In this document: positions 40,978 to 54,054 of the stretch, piece by piece | How the letters are laid out: every line of letters begins with the position of its first letter | Numbering within the stretch: the stretch's first letter is position 1 | Assembly: GCA_951406725.2 (NCBI GenBank) | Contig: OX597824.1 | Location: 85,498,001-85,562,000, forward strand | Direction of reading: 5' to 3' | DNA length: 64,000 nucleotides | DNA from: Octopus vulgaris | Lineage: Eukaryota | Translations under genes and position numbers: made by a program | Notes under the pieces: model-generated | What the model was told of the DNA's origin: nothing | Database searches by the model: none | The model's input: the letters and a program-made list of their open reading frames with translations, nothing else

Positions 40978-41180
40978 GATGCGCATTGTTAAGTGGTTAG
41001 GGTTGCTAGATTCATGATTGTAAGATTGTGGTTTCGATTCCTGGACCAAGCGATGCGTTGTGTTCTTGAGCAAAGCACTTCATTTTACGTTGTTCCAGTC
41101 CACTCATCTTGTATAAATGAGTAATACTGCGACAGACTGGTGTCCCATCCAGGGAGGTATACATACCCCCGAGAAATCGG
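40978..41180 (+). mobile_element. SINE family B head with tail Y, diverged
   Basis: agtggttaggg...gtggtttcgattcctggacc...ctgcgacagactggtgtcccatccaggg. Confidence 0.7.
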
Positions 41181-42165
41181 CCTTAAGCTTCTTACGGAGT
41201 AATGCGGACTATCATCTTCGGTTAAGTTCTACCGTTTCACTTTGAAGGTCTACCTAAAGATCGTATGATTTCCGATGGGTTTGAGGGCCAGATTCGCTGA
41301 AAACAGCAAAAACTATACAAAAAAAAAAAAAAGAAAACAAAGATTTCTCCTTCGAAGTGAGATAGGTATAAATTTCAACATCAAAGAGGCTACAGCTCCG
41401 GTATTACAATCGCAAAAGAGTTTTATCAAGTTGAGCAAACCAGCAGAAGACCTATGGTTAAACCAAGAACAAGGTGGTTAGGTAAAATCCATAGCCTCAG
41501 TTGGCCTCCCTTGGGAATCCAACCGGAAAATTTAACCACGGTTGCTTCAGATAAGACCTGAGAACTCTACCCCCATTGCCTCCAAAGAATCGTGGGCGAA
41601 GAAAACGGATGGACGGAAGTGAGATGGTTGTAATAATAAGTTCATGCCTTTTAATTCTGTTTTCTGAAGTGTTTACATCGATATATGACACAGGTACAGA
41701 CCTAGTGTGATATAAGTAACTTTCCGGTAAAGTTTTACAATTACACTCATCACATTTTGAGGTGTACGATTTAGCTAAAGAACCGACGGCTTCTGATGAT
41801 TTGATGGTCAGATTCATCCAAAACACATCATGAACTGTAGGGAAAATAGAAATTTCATTTTCAAAATGGGACGGATGTAATAGTGAAAAATGACCCTATC
41901 TTCTTTCGTGTTATCACTGGGAGAGACGAGCGTATGGGCCATACTGTCGCTGGTAAAATTCAAGGAAACTGGTCCTTGTCAGCTCTGCGACTGAGGCGAC
42001 AAAATACACCTTATCTTTCTTGCATTCAGGCGAATCGAATGAATTCCATCCTGCTTTGAATTGCATTGTTGCTACAGCCATTCTCCATGACAACGTAATG
42101 TCTCAGCCAAACAACAAAATAAAAGAAGACGGAGAGAGGGGTGCGGAGAAAGAAAGAAAGAAAAA

Positions 42166-42205
<40 letters not shown>

Positions 42206-42464
42206 GGGAGAGAGAAAGGTTGGGTCTAAAATAATTGCTGTTGCTATTCTTTTGTTTCTTTTAGTAACGAAGTGTGAAACCCAGTGAAGATTATTAGATA
42301 GTTATATCGTTAATTGCTAGTTTCTTCAAATAATTCTATTATATTGCAAATGTCATATCCAGTCGTTCAACATCCAATAAGCCATTAAGGGATTTTATGG
42401 AATTAGAAACACGGGCGGAGGTAAGTTAAGAGAACAGATTATCAATATTTATCTTTTTTACCTT

Positions 42465-42548
42465 TTATCTTTAAATTGTTTCAGTCATTGGCCTGTGGCC
42501 ATGCTGGGGCTCCGCCTTGAAAGGTTTAGTCAAACAACCCGATTCCAG

Positions 42549-42602
<54 letters not shown>

Positions 42603-42900
42603 GAGTCTGATACTTATTCTATCGGTCTCCTTTACCGAACCGCTACGTTACGGGGGCGTAAAAAATAAATCAACACTGGTTATCAAGCGATGGGAGAGGG
42701 GACAAGCACACACACAAACACACACACAAACACACACACACATATTTCAGGCTTCTACACAGTTTCCGCCTCTCAGATTCACTCAAGACATTGGTCGGCA
42801 CGCGGCTGTGATAGAAGATACCTGGCCAAGGTGCTATGCAGTCGGACTGAGCCCAAAACCACGTAGTTGCAAAGCGATCATCTTAACCATGTGACCGTGT
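42465..42900 (-). mobile_element. SINE family D, diverged, with internal (ATT)n
   Basis: tgtttcagtcattgg...ccatgctgg...gaaccgctacgttacgggg... Confidence 0.75.
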
Positions 42901-43069
42901 CTGAGTCTACTAAATTTTAATTAAGACATTCAGATAGAAGAGGCTTATACAATTTGCGATATTAGAACAATATGATAAATCATGGAATCAACATCAAACG
43001 AAGGAAGAGGCTTATGGACATATCTTTCAAAGTAGTGGTAAGAAACTTGCTTCCGGTTTATCGTTTTGG

Positions 43070-43272
43070 TTAGTTCTACTGCTGAAAGGCTACATTAAAG
43101 CTGATTGTACTCCACCGCCTGTGAAGACTAAAAAAGGCAAGAGAGTGAGAAAGTGGTTGGTGCTCCAGTGTCCATGGAGGCTGAGGGAAAGTACGAGAAG
43201 GAGAGTGAAGCGGCACCACAGACCAGGACCAGTACCAGCATCGAGGAAGAGGAGGTAAACAACAGCTGGGAA
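43070..43272 (+). pseudogene. LINE ORF1/gag-like zinc-knuckle fragment
   Basis: Translates FYC*KGYIKADCTPPP (with a frameshift), resembling a decayed CCHC knuckle, followed by an acidic/basic linker. Confidence 0.35.
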
Positions 43273-43810
43273 ATGGCGGGAAAAACTTATTTCGTTTAAA
43301 ACTTCATTGCATGAGATTGATACCATGAAATTCCTTGAATTGAGCTCTATCATTTAAGTTTAATTAAAATAGAGTTTGTTTTTAAAATAAAAAAGTTAAT
43401 TATACATAAATCCAATTTTTTGCCTTATAATTTTTTTCATGATATTTTACCTCACAAGTTTTTTGATACAAATTTTTGTTGCATGCTTTCTTTTATCATG
43501 GAAGCTACGATAAATATATTTGCTTTAAAAAAATGTTATTTAGATTTAAACTTGATTGGTGGCGTTACTTACTCTTCTATAACGTTGCTACAGATTTTGA
43601 TGTAAACTTTTTTCTGTTGGATCAAATTTCAATGTTTTTAATGCCAAAATATAGCTAGGGACCAGTCCTCTTCAGAAATGTTAACAGTGTTCAGTTTGGT
43701 TAAGAACTGAATGAGTGACAAGCTCTGAAAGGTGCTGCGTGTGAGTAAATTGCAGCCTTAAGAATATTCTTCAACTACTACCGTGGTTGAATATGTGTGT
43801 GTGTGTCTCC

Positions 43811-43900
<90 letters not shown>

Positions 43901-43926
43901 GAAAGAGAGAGAGAGAGAGAGAGAGA

Positions 43927-44088
43927 GGCGCAGGAGTGGCTGTGTGGTAAGTAGCTTTCTTACCAACCACATGGTTCTGGGTTCATTCTCACTGCGTGGC
44001 ACCTTGGCAAGTGTATTCTACTATAGCCTCGGTTCGACCAAAGCCTTGTGAGTGGATTTGGTAGACGGAAACTGAAAGAAGCCCGTCG

Positions 44089-44156
<68 letters not shown>

Positions 44157-44338
44157 TGTGTCTGTGTTTGTCCCCCTAACATCGCTTGACAACCGATAAC
44201 TTAGCGGTTCAGCAAAACAAACCGATAGAATAAGTAGTCGGCTTTCTAGCAATAAGTTCTGGAATCGATTTGCTCAACTAAAGACGGTGCTCCAGCATGG
44301 CCGCAGTCAAATGACTGAAGCAAGTAAAAGTGTAAAAA

Positions 44339-44340
<2 letters not shown>
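43927..44340 (+). mobile_element. SINE family D
   Basis: Full head ggcgcaggagtggctgtgtggtaag, internal (TG)n and D tail. Confidence 0.9.
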
Positions 44341-44400
<60 letters not shown>

Positions 44401-44951
44401 GTACCTATGTATGTATGTATGTATGTATGTATGTATGTATGTATGTATGTATAGTTTCGCGGCGACAGCAAACAACAGCAAGCTAGAAATAGTAACTAAA
44501 TCTCTCAAATTTCCTTGATATCTCATCCAAACGTTTTAGTGAAGGAACAGATACATCGGATATTGCAGTTCCTAGATACAATACGTCTGAAAACAAAACT
44601 AGAAGGTCACAACTAGAACGCCTGTGATCATCAGCTTTTTTTTTTATCAGGGGAGCCTGGGGCTATACAACAACAACAACAATAATAACTATAGCAACAG
44701 CATTGTAATCATAACGGTAATGATATAAACAAAGCTAGTCTCTTATGTACATTTGGAAGAGTTTCTGCATTTTTGGACTGGATTAGATTATGAGAAACTT
44801 TTGATGTTTCAGTTGTGAATTCCTTTCTTGTAGAAATGGCAACGCCTTAGTAATAACTTCAACACAAACTTTGCTTAACAACTGCTTATATAATTCGTTT
44901 ATTCCAGTTGACCCTACCCCACCCTCCTCCTCTACTGTAAGTTTACTTGGT

Positions 44952-45452
44952 GAAGAAGAAGAAGGAGGAGGAGGAGGAGGAGGAGAAGAAGAAGAAGAAG
45001 AAGAAGAAGAAGAAGAAGGAGAAGAAGAAGAAGATGGGGGAGGAGGAGGAGGAGAAGGAGGAGAAGAAGGAGAAGAAGAAGAAGGAGGAGGAGAAGAAGG
45101 AGAAGCAGAAGATGGAGAAGAAGAAGAAGATGGAGAAGGAGAAGAAGAAGAAGAAGAAGAAGAAGAAGAAGAAGATGGAGAAGGAGGAGGAGAAGGAGGA
45201 GAAGAAGGAGAAGAAGAAGAAGAAGAAGAAGAAGAAGGAGGGGGAGAAGAAGGAGAAGAAGAAGAAGAAGAAGAAGAAGGAGGAGGAGGAGGAGAAGAAG
45301 AAGAAGAAGAAGAAGAAGAAGAAGAAGGAGGAGGAGAAGAAGGAGAAGAAGAAGAAGAAGGAGGAGGAGGAGGAGGAGGAGAAGAAGAAGAAGAAGAAGA
45401 AGAAGAAGAAGAAGAAGAAGAAGAAGAAGAAGAAAAAGAAAAAGAAGAAGAG
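44952..45452. repeat. (GAA/GGA)n trinucleotide array, about 500 bp
   Basis: Seen directly. Confidence 0.97.
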
Positions 45453-46164
45453 CCCCACCACCACTACCACCACTTTTCACAGTTATGAAAATGCTGTTGT
45501 GTAATTCTCACGCTGATATTCTGACTCTGTCCCTTAAGAACAATAGTAAGATAGATCAAGCGATAAAACGAACCAACGCGAAAACCTCCACGTGGGAGTT
45601 GGATCTCCTAGATATACGAGCTACATTTCCCTCAAATGAAACTCGTTTTGTTTTGTTCTGTTTGCTTGTTTACTTTAAGAAGAGAATACACTGGACAATT
45701 TAGCCCATGGATACACAAATTATGGGATGATCTTGACCGGATCGTAGTGTAAACTCAGTAAACCAAGAAATTCAAAGTTTGTGTGGGCTTAGCCGTGTGG
45801 TTACTTCGTTAATCTGAACTCTCGTTGAATTCTAAATAACAACAAAAAGCCAACTTATGATCCTGTACTTGAGAGGAAGGGACTCTTTCTTTATTACTAA
45901 ATAAATAATCGTAGGTTTGAGCCTCAGTCTGCTCAACCAAGATTTGTTGGGATAACCAACAACGATACGTAATTAACGAAGGATTCTGCGCATGGACCAC
46001 TTTTTAGTACCAGAGGCGAATTTCAACTATTTCTTATATAAGAAGCTGTGAAGTGGCACACCTGTGCTGAGGAAATTAATGAATCTTTAATTTTGCAAAT
46101 TGTGTAACGCATTTTTACATAACTTCAAGCGGTATTTTGATTGGTTAATCGGTTTTATTTTAAT

Positions 46165-46197
<33 letters not shown>

Positions 46198-46789
46198 AAT
46201 AATAAGAAGAAGAAGAAGGCTTATTCTGTTTTCAATTATATCTTACGATTGATAATTATAATTCAACTGTGGAATAGAAGCTACTCCATCGGGGTTAATA
46301 AAAATCATTTTATAAAAGTTATGATCTTACATTCTTAATCTTTTCGACGAGATATCATGTGTGTATATGTGTGTGTGTGTACGCATGAATGTGTATGAGA
46401 GAGAGAGAGAAAGAGAGTGGGGAGGTATCCGCACATATTCCGTCAACTAATTTTCATCCAAAGTTATGAGAGAAGACATTTGTCCAATGCGCACGCATAC
46501 TGGAATCGAAGTCAGAACTACGCGATTGCGAAACAAACTTCTTAAACGCTCACCTGTGTCTGCAATCAGAGGATTTAATACACCTTTACCAGCTGAACAG
46601 ATTCGATAAAATAAAGTAACTGTTAAGTACTGAAATCGATGCTATCGACTAACCTTTCGCAGGGTATCACGAACGCAGGGTAGGCGCAGGGTAGACGCAG
46701 GGTAGATGCAGGGTATCACGCTTAACATGGCTGAACAAATGAAATTGTTTCATGTTAATACCCAATAGAATGGTGTCAAAATATTGGCT

Positions 46790-46995
46790 TCAAATTATGG
46801 CACAAGGCCAGCAATTTTGAGGGGCGCGGCACGTCAATTACATTGACCCCAGTTTTTTACTTGTACTTATTTTACTGCCATCCAAAAGATAAAAGACAAA
46901 GTCGACCGCGGTGGAATTTTGAACACAACGTAAAGAGTCGGAAGAAATGCCGTTAAACATTTTATCCGAGGTGCGAAGGATTCTCCGAGCTTGCT
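46790..46995 (-). mobile_element. SINE family C, diverged
   Basis: ggcacaaggccagcaatttt...aaagtcgaccgcggtggaattt. Confidence 0.65.
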
Positions 46996-48517
46996 GACTT
47001 AGAACGATGATGTCAAAGTATCTCAACTGAAAATTCTTATTTATTTTATTATAGTTCTGTCAGAAGAGGAATGATAGCGCTCATGACCATTTTGCACGGC
47101 TTTTGAAACTGATGAGGAAAGTAAGAATGAAACCACAGCTTATGACTTTTTCATAGACCAGAGAAATGATCCGAATGCATGTAACAGAGTGGACTCCACT
47201 AAAGGCAAATTAAAGGTCGGGTAGTGACGTAAAAACTAGGCGACAGGCTATGTCTATGCATTTTAGGGTGATCGTAAGCTTACTTCTGTTCTATAGCAGA
47301 CTTGCTTCTAATTTATGGTCTCAGCTGCAAATGAAAGTAAGCTCTGGGCGAACTAGTTTAGAATCTTATGCAGCTTGTGAAAAGTATAAATGTCATGCAG
47401 TCTCAGTTTTCCCGCCCCACTCTCCTATAAATGATTGGTTTTATGCTTATGATAAAGTGGTTTAGCTCACTGAAAGTTTAGCTAGTGATGAGGTTTCACA
47501 CTAGTCATTTTATTTCGCAACTGTTAGAAAATTGCCCGAAGTAAAGACATGAATACCACAATTTTATAAAGTTATGGCTGATATTTCTAGTAGGTGAATC
47601 AGCTGCATTGTTACGACCTTGTTGACTTGAAAGGAAATATATATTCTGCGTCACTGATATAAATATTCGGAGAGGTATAAACCAGCGAGTTGAGATTCTT
47701 ACAAAAATATCAATACCAAGTCAGAGGATGTAAATAATTTTTACTTATGCCATTAATACTCTTGGGAACAATGTGAATTGGATTATTCTCATTTTCCCAA
47801 CCCTAGTTTATAGAATGTTAGTGCCTAGCTCTGAGAAAATCTAATATTTATTATGTCTCTATTTCTTTACGTTTAAGTCTAGTCTGGTTAGGATTAAGCA
47901 GGAAATATGAATCATTGAATAAAAATAGAATGGGGTTTTGATCAAGCTTTCAATCATCTAGCGGCAGATGTTAATTTAGATATAGTGACGAGAAGGACCA
48001 AACGCCAGCAGGATCTTCAGCAGTTGGCACCAAAGTGTTTATCGTGCAAAGCAGTTGTCAGCGTGTAAGGGAGAGGACAGCAAGCATGGGAAAACTGCAG
48101 ACGAATCACGAACAAGGCTTCCTTTCAAAATTTCATGAGGTCTTCAATAATGAGCGTCTTTGTTACATGATTGTTATGGCGTCGGTGATGGTGACGAGAC
48201 TTTGGGAGCAGGGAAGAAGGTGATGGCAGAAGGAAATGTTTGTCGGGATGGAGATGGGAACAATGAGATGCTATTGGCAAGGAGAGAGAGGTTTGTAAAA
48301 TCGTGTGGTGTTGGTCGTGGTGACGATGTTGCTGTTGGGAGTGTGATTGTTTGTTTTCTGTTGTACTGAAAATGATGGTAATGCCCAGAAATGTGTAGGT
48401 GTTGTTGTTTTTGATGTTGTTTCGCTCCAGGTCAGCTTTGATTAGCTTTTCCACATACATGTGTGTATGCAAATTATATATACAATTTATATATATATAT
48501 ATATATATATATTACTA

Positions 48518-48931
48518 TTTTACTCTTTTACTCTTTTACTTGTTTCAGTCATTTGACTGCGGCCATGCTGGAGCATCGCCTTTAGTCGAGCAACTCGACC
48601 CCGGGACTTATTATTTTGTAAGCCCAGTACTTATTCTATCGGTCTCTTTTTGCCGAACCGCTAAGTGACGGGGACGTAAACACACCAGCATTGGTTGTCA
48701 AGCAATGCTAGGGGAACAAACACAGACACACACACACACACATATATATATATACATACATACATATATACGACAGGCTTCTTTCAGTTTCCGTCTACCA
48801 AATCCACTCACAAGGCATTGGTCGGCCCGGGGCTATAGCAGAAGACACTTGTCCAAGATGCCACGCAGTGGGACTGAACCCGGAGCCATGTGGTTGGTTA
48901 GCAAGCTACTTACCACACAGCAACTCCTGCG

Positions 48932-48933
<2 letters not shown>
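48518..48933 (-). mobile_element. SINE family D, full length
   Basis: Closely matches 21024-21448. Flanked by (TA)n. Confidence 0.9.
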
Positions 48934-48973
<40 letters not shown>

Positions 48974-49131
48974 GGAGAAATTGTACAGAATGTATAAATA
49001 GATTATGAGTAAAGCACCGGCACAGTTTCGATTACCTTTTGTTATCCGTAGGGACTTCGTAGTGGCGGTTGGGGTAACAGTATTAATAAAATAGGAGATG
49101 GAATGTGTAATAGACTTTATATATATGTAGG

Positions 49132-49183
<52 letters not shown>

Positions 49184-49209
49184 CATACATATATATAAAG
49201 TATAATTTA

Positions 49210-49241
<32 letters not shown>

Positions 49242-49451
49242 ATGATAAATATCAAAGTGAGTTATATACAGTAGCGGTAACACATCGTGACGTATTTTTG
49301 CCATTTCAATATGGCTAACCCCTAAGGGTGGATGCTACTGTAGTTTTTAGCCCCAGGAAGACACACTCCTCCAGCTGGCCATAGACACACTATCTGTGTC
49401 CTGTCAGTATTTGCAAAGGGAAGTCATCCTTCCCGTCTTCAACTTATGATA

Positions 49452-49496
49452 CACACGGACTCGAGTTTCGAGGTATTGACCTCTCGTCAGCGTGTG
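49452..49496 (-). ncRNA. Intact type I hammerhead ribozyme
   Basis: Exact reverse complement of 49905-49949. Confidence 0.92.
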
Positions 49497-49904
49497 ACAA
49501 TCATAGTTGTCGCCGATAATTAGATTTCCTTCACAAATACTTATACTTTTTCCAGCGTCCACTGTCGCTGATATTGAAAAAGTGAAATCAAACAATGATA
49601 AATATCAAAGTGAGTTATATACAGTAGCGGTAACACATCGTGACGTATTTTTGCCATTTCAATATGGCTAACCCCTAAGGTGTGTGTCCTCCTGGGGCTA
49701 AAAACTACAGTAGCATCCACCCTTGGGAGTTAGCCATATTGAAATGGCAAAAATACGTCACGATATGTTCCCGCTACTGTATATAACTCACTTTGATATT
49801 TATCATTGTTTGATTTCACTTTTTCAATATCAGCGACAGTGGACGCTGGAAAAAGTATAAGTATTTGTGAAGGAAATCTAATTATCGGCGACAACTATGA
49901 TTGT

Positions 49905-49949
49905 CACACGCTGACGAGAGGTCAATACCTCGAAACTCGAGTCCGTGTG
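49905..49949 (+). ncRNA. Intact type I hammerhead ribozyme
   Basis: CACACG-CTGACGA-GAGGT CAAT ACCTC-GAAA-CTCGAG-TC-CGTGTG. Canonical CUGANGA/GAAA core, 6-bp stem I (extendable with ATGAT/ATCAT), 5-bp stem II, palindromic stem III, GUC cleavage after 49943. Confidence 0.92.
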
Positions 49950-50133
49950 TATCATAAGTTGAAGACGGGAAGGATGACTTCCCTTTGCAAATACTGACAG
50001 GACACAGATAGTGTGTCTATGGCCAGCTGGAGGAGTGTGTCCTCCTGGGGCTAAAAACTACAGTAGCATCCACCCTGAGGGGTTAGCCATATTGAAATGG
50101 CAAAAATACGTCACGATATATATATATATATAT

Positions 50134-50315
50134 CTGTAAATTAATATGTGACAATTATTCAATAGCCAAGATAAAAATTTTGAAACAGCATCCAAAAGCA
50201 GCAGTCATATGACTCCATATTTTGTAGCGAAAAGAAATAATGGTCTTTTGGCTGGTGTTTCAAAATTTTTCGGTATGTGGTTAAGCAACTCGTTGCTAAA
50301 CCCTTAATTATTGTT
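50134..50315 (-). mobile_element. Relative of the 19025-19270 element (PLE-LTR-like)
   Basis: aatatgtgacaattattcaatagccaagataaaa is similar to aatatgttacaattactcaatagtcaagataaaa. Internal inverted repeat aaaaattttgaaaca...tgtttcaaaattttt. Confidence 0.55.
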
Positions 50316-50398
50316 ATAATTATATATATATAGACAGATAGATAGATAAACATTATATATATAGATATATATATATATAGACAGATAGATGGATAGAC

Positions 50399-50432
<34 letters not shown>

Positions 50433-51142
50433 ATTATATATTCATGATGCTGTTTCACATCAGCTCTTCCATATACATGTAGATATGCATATTACATATG
50501 CATACATACACACACACACGTATGTGTGTGTATGTTTGTGGGGGTGTGAATAATCTCCTTGCCTCTCGTTATCTCTCTCTCCTTTGCACCACTGACCGGG
50601 TCGTAGAAATGGAGAAACCTTTTCAAACTTCATACTGAAATAACTAGAATAACGTACCGACGCAAAATGTTCTGTATGTGTGGATGGATAGATGGACGGA
50701 TGCATGAACGGCGGACGGACAAATGGATTATGCAATGCAGACGCATAGTGTATATACACACGTCTGTGTGCGTGTGACGTCATAAATAGCTTTAAAGATG
50801 TCATAAATAGAGTTAAAGATCAAGAATTTATTCTGTATAGTATCGAATATAACACTATTTCTCTATATTGTTCACATACATGCCGCTGTCCACTTTGAGC
50901 TATTTCTCTAAGGTTATTTTTGTTTAATTTATGGAGATTACCTAGCCTATAAATGTGTTTCTGCTATTTTTGCGTATATCTATCTCTTTTGGTTGCAGGA
51001 GAGCGGTTAGACTAATTGTCGTGCTGATATCAACTGTTGAGGCAAAAACACGTATTAACAACTGTCCTCCTATATCCAGACGATAAGCCTATCCCTTTCA
51101 TAAAAGATACGTCAAGTTTGGAGAAAATCTTGATTCTTTGGA

Positions 51143-51183
<41 letters not shown>

Positions 51184-51709
51184 CACACACACACACATGT
51201 GCATACATACATGTGTACATATACTGAAAACGTAGTATAGGAAGTCGACAAAACGGAAAAACAGACATGTATGTATGCATGTATGTATGTAAACTATAAA
51301 ATGTCAGGATGAATGAGAGATGAATGTATTCATTTAACCACTTTACATTCTTGCAATTAAGGCCGTTTGGCAGTCTTCTTCATGTAGTAAAAATTTAGGT
51401 GTGGAATAAAATTATGTTTAGATGTTTGTAAACATAATTCTATCCTACTATGAAATTATTACCACATGAAGAACGTTGCGAAGCTGCCGTAATCCCGAGG
51501 ACATAAAGTGGTTGAAAAATATATATTTATCTCTTGTACCCCCTCACTTTTAATGGTTTATATAGTCTTCGAAAAGGAATTTCATTAAACGGCTCCCATG
51601 GGCTTCAGCTACACAGGCGCTCTGGTTTACATTCTTTACATTTCTCTGTATTGGATAACTATGTAGTTAGATAGCCGATTCCGTTAGAACAGCTTTCTGT
51701 GATAACACG

Positions 51710-51799
<90 letters not shown>

Positions 51800-51822
51800 A
51801 ACATCCTTATCTATATGTACAT

Positions 51823-51853
<31 letters not shown>

Positions 51854-51860
51854 CACACAT

Positions 51861-51903
<43 letters not shown>

Positions 51904-52380
51904 CAAACACACACACACGCACAAACACACACACACATACACACATATATATATATATATATATAAATATTAAAGGAAACAGAGAAATACAAATGACATT
52001 AAACATTTATTTACCTCATTAATATAATTATACTATAAAAAGATATATTATAACAAATAATTAAAGCAAATATATATCCTGCAATTTTTTCATAATAGTA
52101 AATAGAAATTATAAATAAGATATATTTCCTACTCCACCATATACTCTTAACATATTATATAAATTTTATTATATAATAACAATGGGCAGTAAGTATTTTA
52201 GATTAAAATATCTTTATTAAAGATGCATAAGTACATTTTATGAGCGTTGTAATTGTTTTGTTTATTTAATTTATTTTAAAATCATTAACGCTCAAGCTTG
52301 TAAACATAGTTATATTTTAATTTCTATTTTATGGTTTAGTAGTCCTTGTACGAAATTTTGTGTATTCTTAGACAAGCATT

Positions 52381-52458
52381 GCCCTGAGGAAACTCATATA
52401 CATTAATGTGAATTTTCACAAATTCACTAGTGTATATGAGTCGAAACAAATTGTTCTA
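52381..52458 (+). ncRNA. Degenerate HHR in an AT-rich PLE-LTR-like fragment (about 51965-52710)
   Basis: CTGAGGA-A-ACTCATATACA...TGTATATGAGT-C-GAAAC-AAATT-GTT. Long stem II. Same GAAACAAATTGTT signature as the 16.4 and 18.5 kb LTR HHRs. Stem I is broken. Confidence 0.55.
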
Positions 52459-52708
52459 GTTATTTCCTATATTATATTATATCATATCTTTTTATAGTAT
52501 GATTATATTGTATTATAATGTAAATGAATTTTTTTATTATAAATAAATTGTATTTCTCTATTCCCTTTAATAATTATATATTGAAATTATATCATTTTAA
52601 GTTCGAAATTTTTTCTCTACTATATTGTGGTATCTAACTGAAGAACGATTGAAAATTTTTTACATCCCTTAGAAGAAAATGATATTTTTCCTTGGATTGA
52701 TTATTAAT

Positions 52709-52835
<127 letters not shown>

Positions 52836-52848
52836 TATATATATATAT

Positions 52849-53048
52849 GGCCTAGTGGTTAGGGCAGCGGACTTGCGGTCGGAGGATCGCGGTTTCGATT
52901 CCCAGACCGGGCGTTGTGTGTGTTTATTGAGCGAAAACACCTAAAAGCTCCACGAGGCTCCGGCAGGAGGTGGTGATCCCTGCTGTACTCTTTCACCACT
53001 CTAAAAGGCGGTGCTCCATGGCCGCAGTCAAATGACTGAAACAAGTAC
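52849..53048 (+). mobile_element. Chimeric SINE: family A head/body with family D tail
   Basis: A sequence to gtactctttcaccac, then aaaggcggtgctccatggccgcagtcaaatgactgaaacaagta. Confidence 0.8.
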
Positions 53049-53139
53049 AAAAAAAATACATATATACATACATATATATATATATACATATATATATACA
53101 TACATACATATATGTATATATATAAATAAGGTGTGTGTA

Positions 53140-53325
53140 TGTCCCATAGATGTTGGTGTGTTTATGTCCCCGTAACATTAGCGGTTCGGCAAAAGGCAGC
53201 GATAGAATAAGTACTAGGCTTACAAAGAATAAGTTTTGGTTTCGATTTCTTCGACTAATACCCTTTAAGACGAAGCTCCAGCAAAGCAGTAGTCAAGTGA
53301 CTGAAACAAGTAAAATAGCAAAAGA
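53140..53325 (+). mobile_element. SINE family D 3' half
   Basis: gatgttggtgtgtttatgtccccgtaac...gactgaaacaagtaaaa. Confidence 0.75.
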
Positions 53326-53326
53326 G

Positions 53327-53365
<39 letters not shown>

Positions 53366-53527
53366 CTTACACCAAAGGAATTTAGAACAGGAAATAATTC
53401 CATTAAACGGTTGAGATCGAAGTAGATTAATACTAACCTCGATAAAAAAGAAACCATTCGGTATTAAAAACAATTCTTCAATCCAAATGTATCTTGGTGG
53501 TGTGCATGTATATACATACATACATAC

Positions 53528-53609
<82 letters not shown>

Positions 53610-53620
53610 ATATAAACAAC

Positions 53621-53896
53621 TTATAAACAAGGGCAAAAGAAAATTATTTCTATCCCAATATGCTGATAACAGACTTTTAGATCGCCAATTTCCACATTAT
53701 TATACCGACAACAGAAATACGTTGTGCTGAAATCATGGAAAGCTAGCCAACAGAATTTTTAAAGTTGGCTAGCTTTCCTCGATTTCAGCACAACGTATTT
53801 CTGTAGTGGGTATAATAATATGTGGAAATTGGCGATCTAAAAGTCTGTTATCAGCATATTGACATAGAAATAATTTTCTTTTGCCCTTGTTTATAA
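53621..53896. mobile_element. Fold-back MITE-like element with arms of about 131 bp
   Basis: 53621-53751 is the near-perfect reverse complement of 53764-53896. 12-nt spacer. Confidence 0.85.
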
Positions 53897-53981
53897 TTTT
53901 TACCTTTAAAGGTATTTTAATATGTTGCCACTTTTTTGATGAAATTTTTTTCTGTAAAAAAAGCTTCATCCTATATTAGTA

Positions 53982-54019
<38 letters not shown>

Positions 54020-54054
54020 CTTCACATATAATTTCAAATATAATGTTTTTATAT

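Larger units (their letters stand above)
49241..50119. mobile_element. Retrozyme-like element: two inverted arms, each about 1.25 copies of a 353-nt HHR-containing monomer
   Basis: Left arm 49241-49680 (sequence at 49241 recurs at 49594). Right arm 49682-50119 (49682 recurs at 50035). The arms are reverse complements with different circular permutations. (TA)n on both flanks. Confidence 0.88.

Noticed and set aside
41300-41990. Faint LINE RT 3' remnants (also about 47100-47250)
   Set aside because: Only scattered motif resemblance. Needs BLASTx.
44871-45504. Poly-E/G, poly-K and poly-L ORFs
   Set aside because: (GAA/GGA)n microsatellite open in several frames. No domain or splice evidence.
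49404-49997. Identical 63-aa ORFs on both strands
   Set aside because: A result of the inverted repeat. TTG start, overlaps the ribozyme, and the ORF track shows no matching ORF in the 62 kb subfamily.
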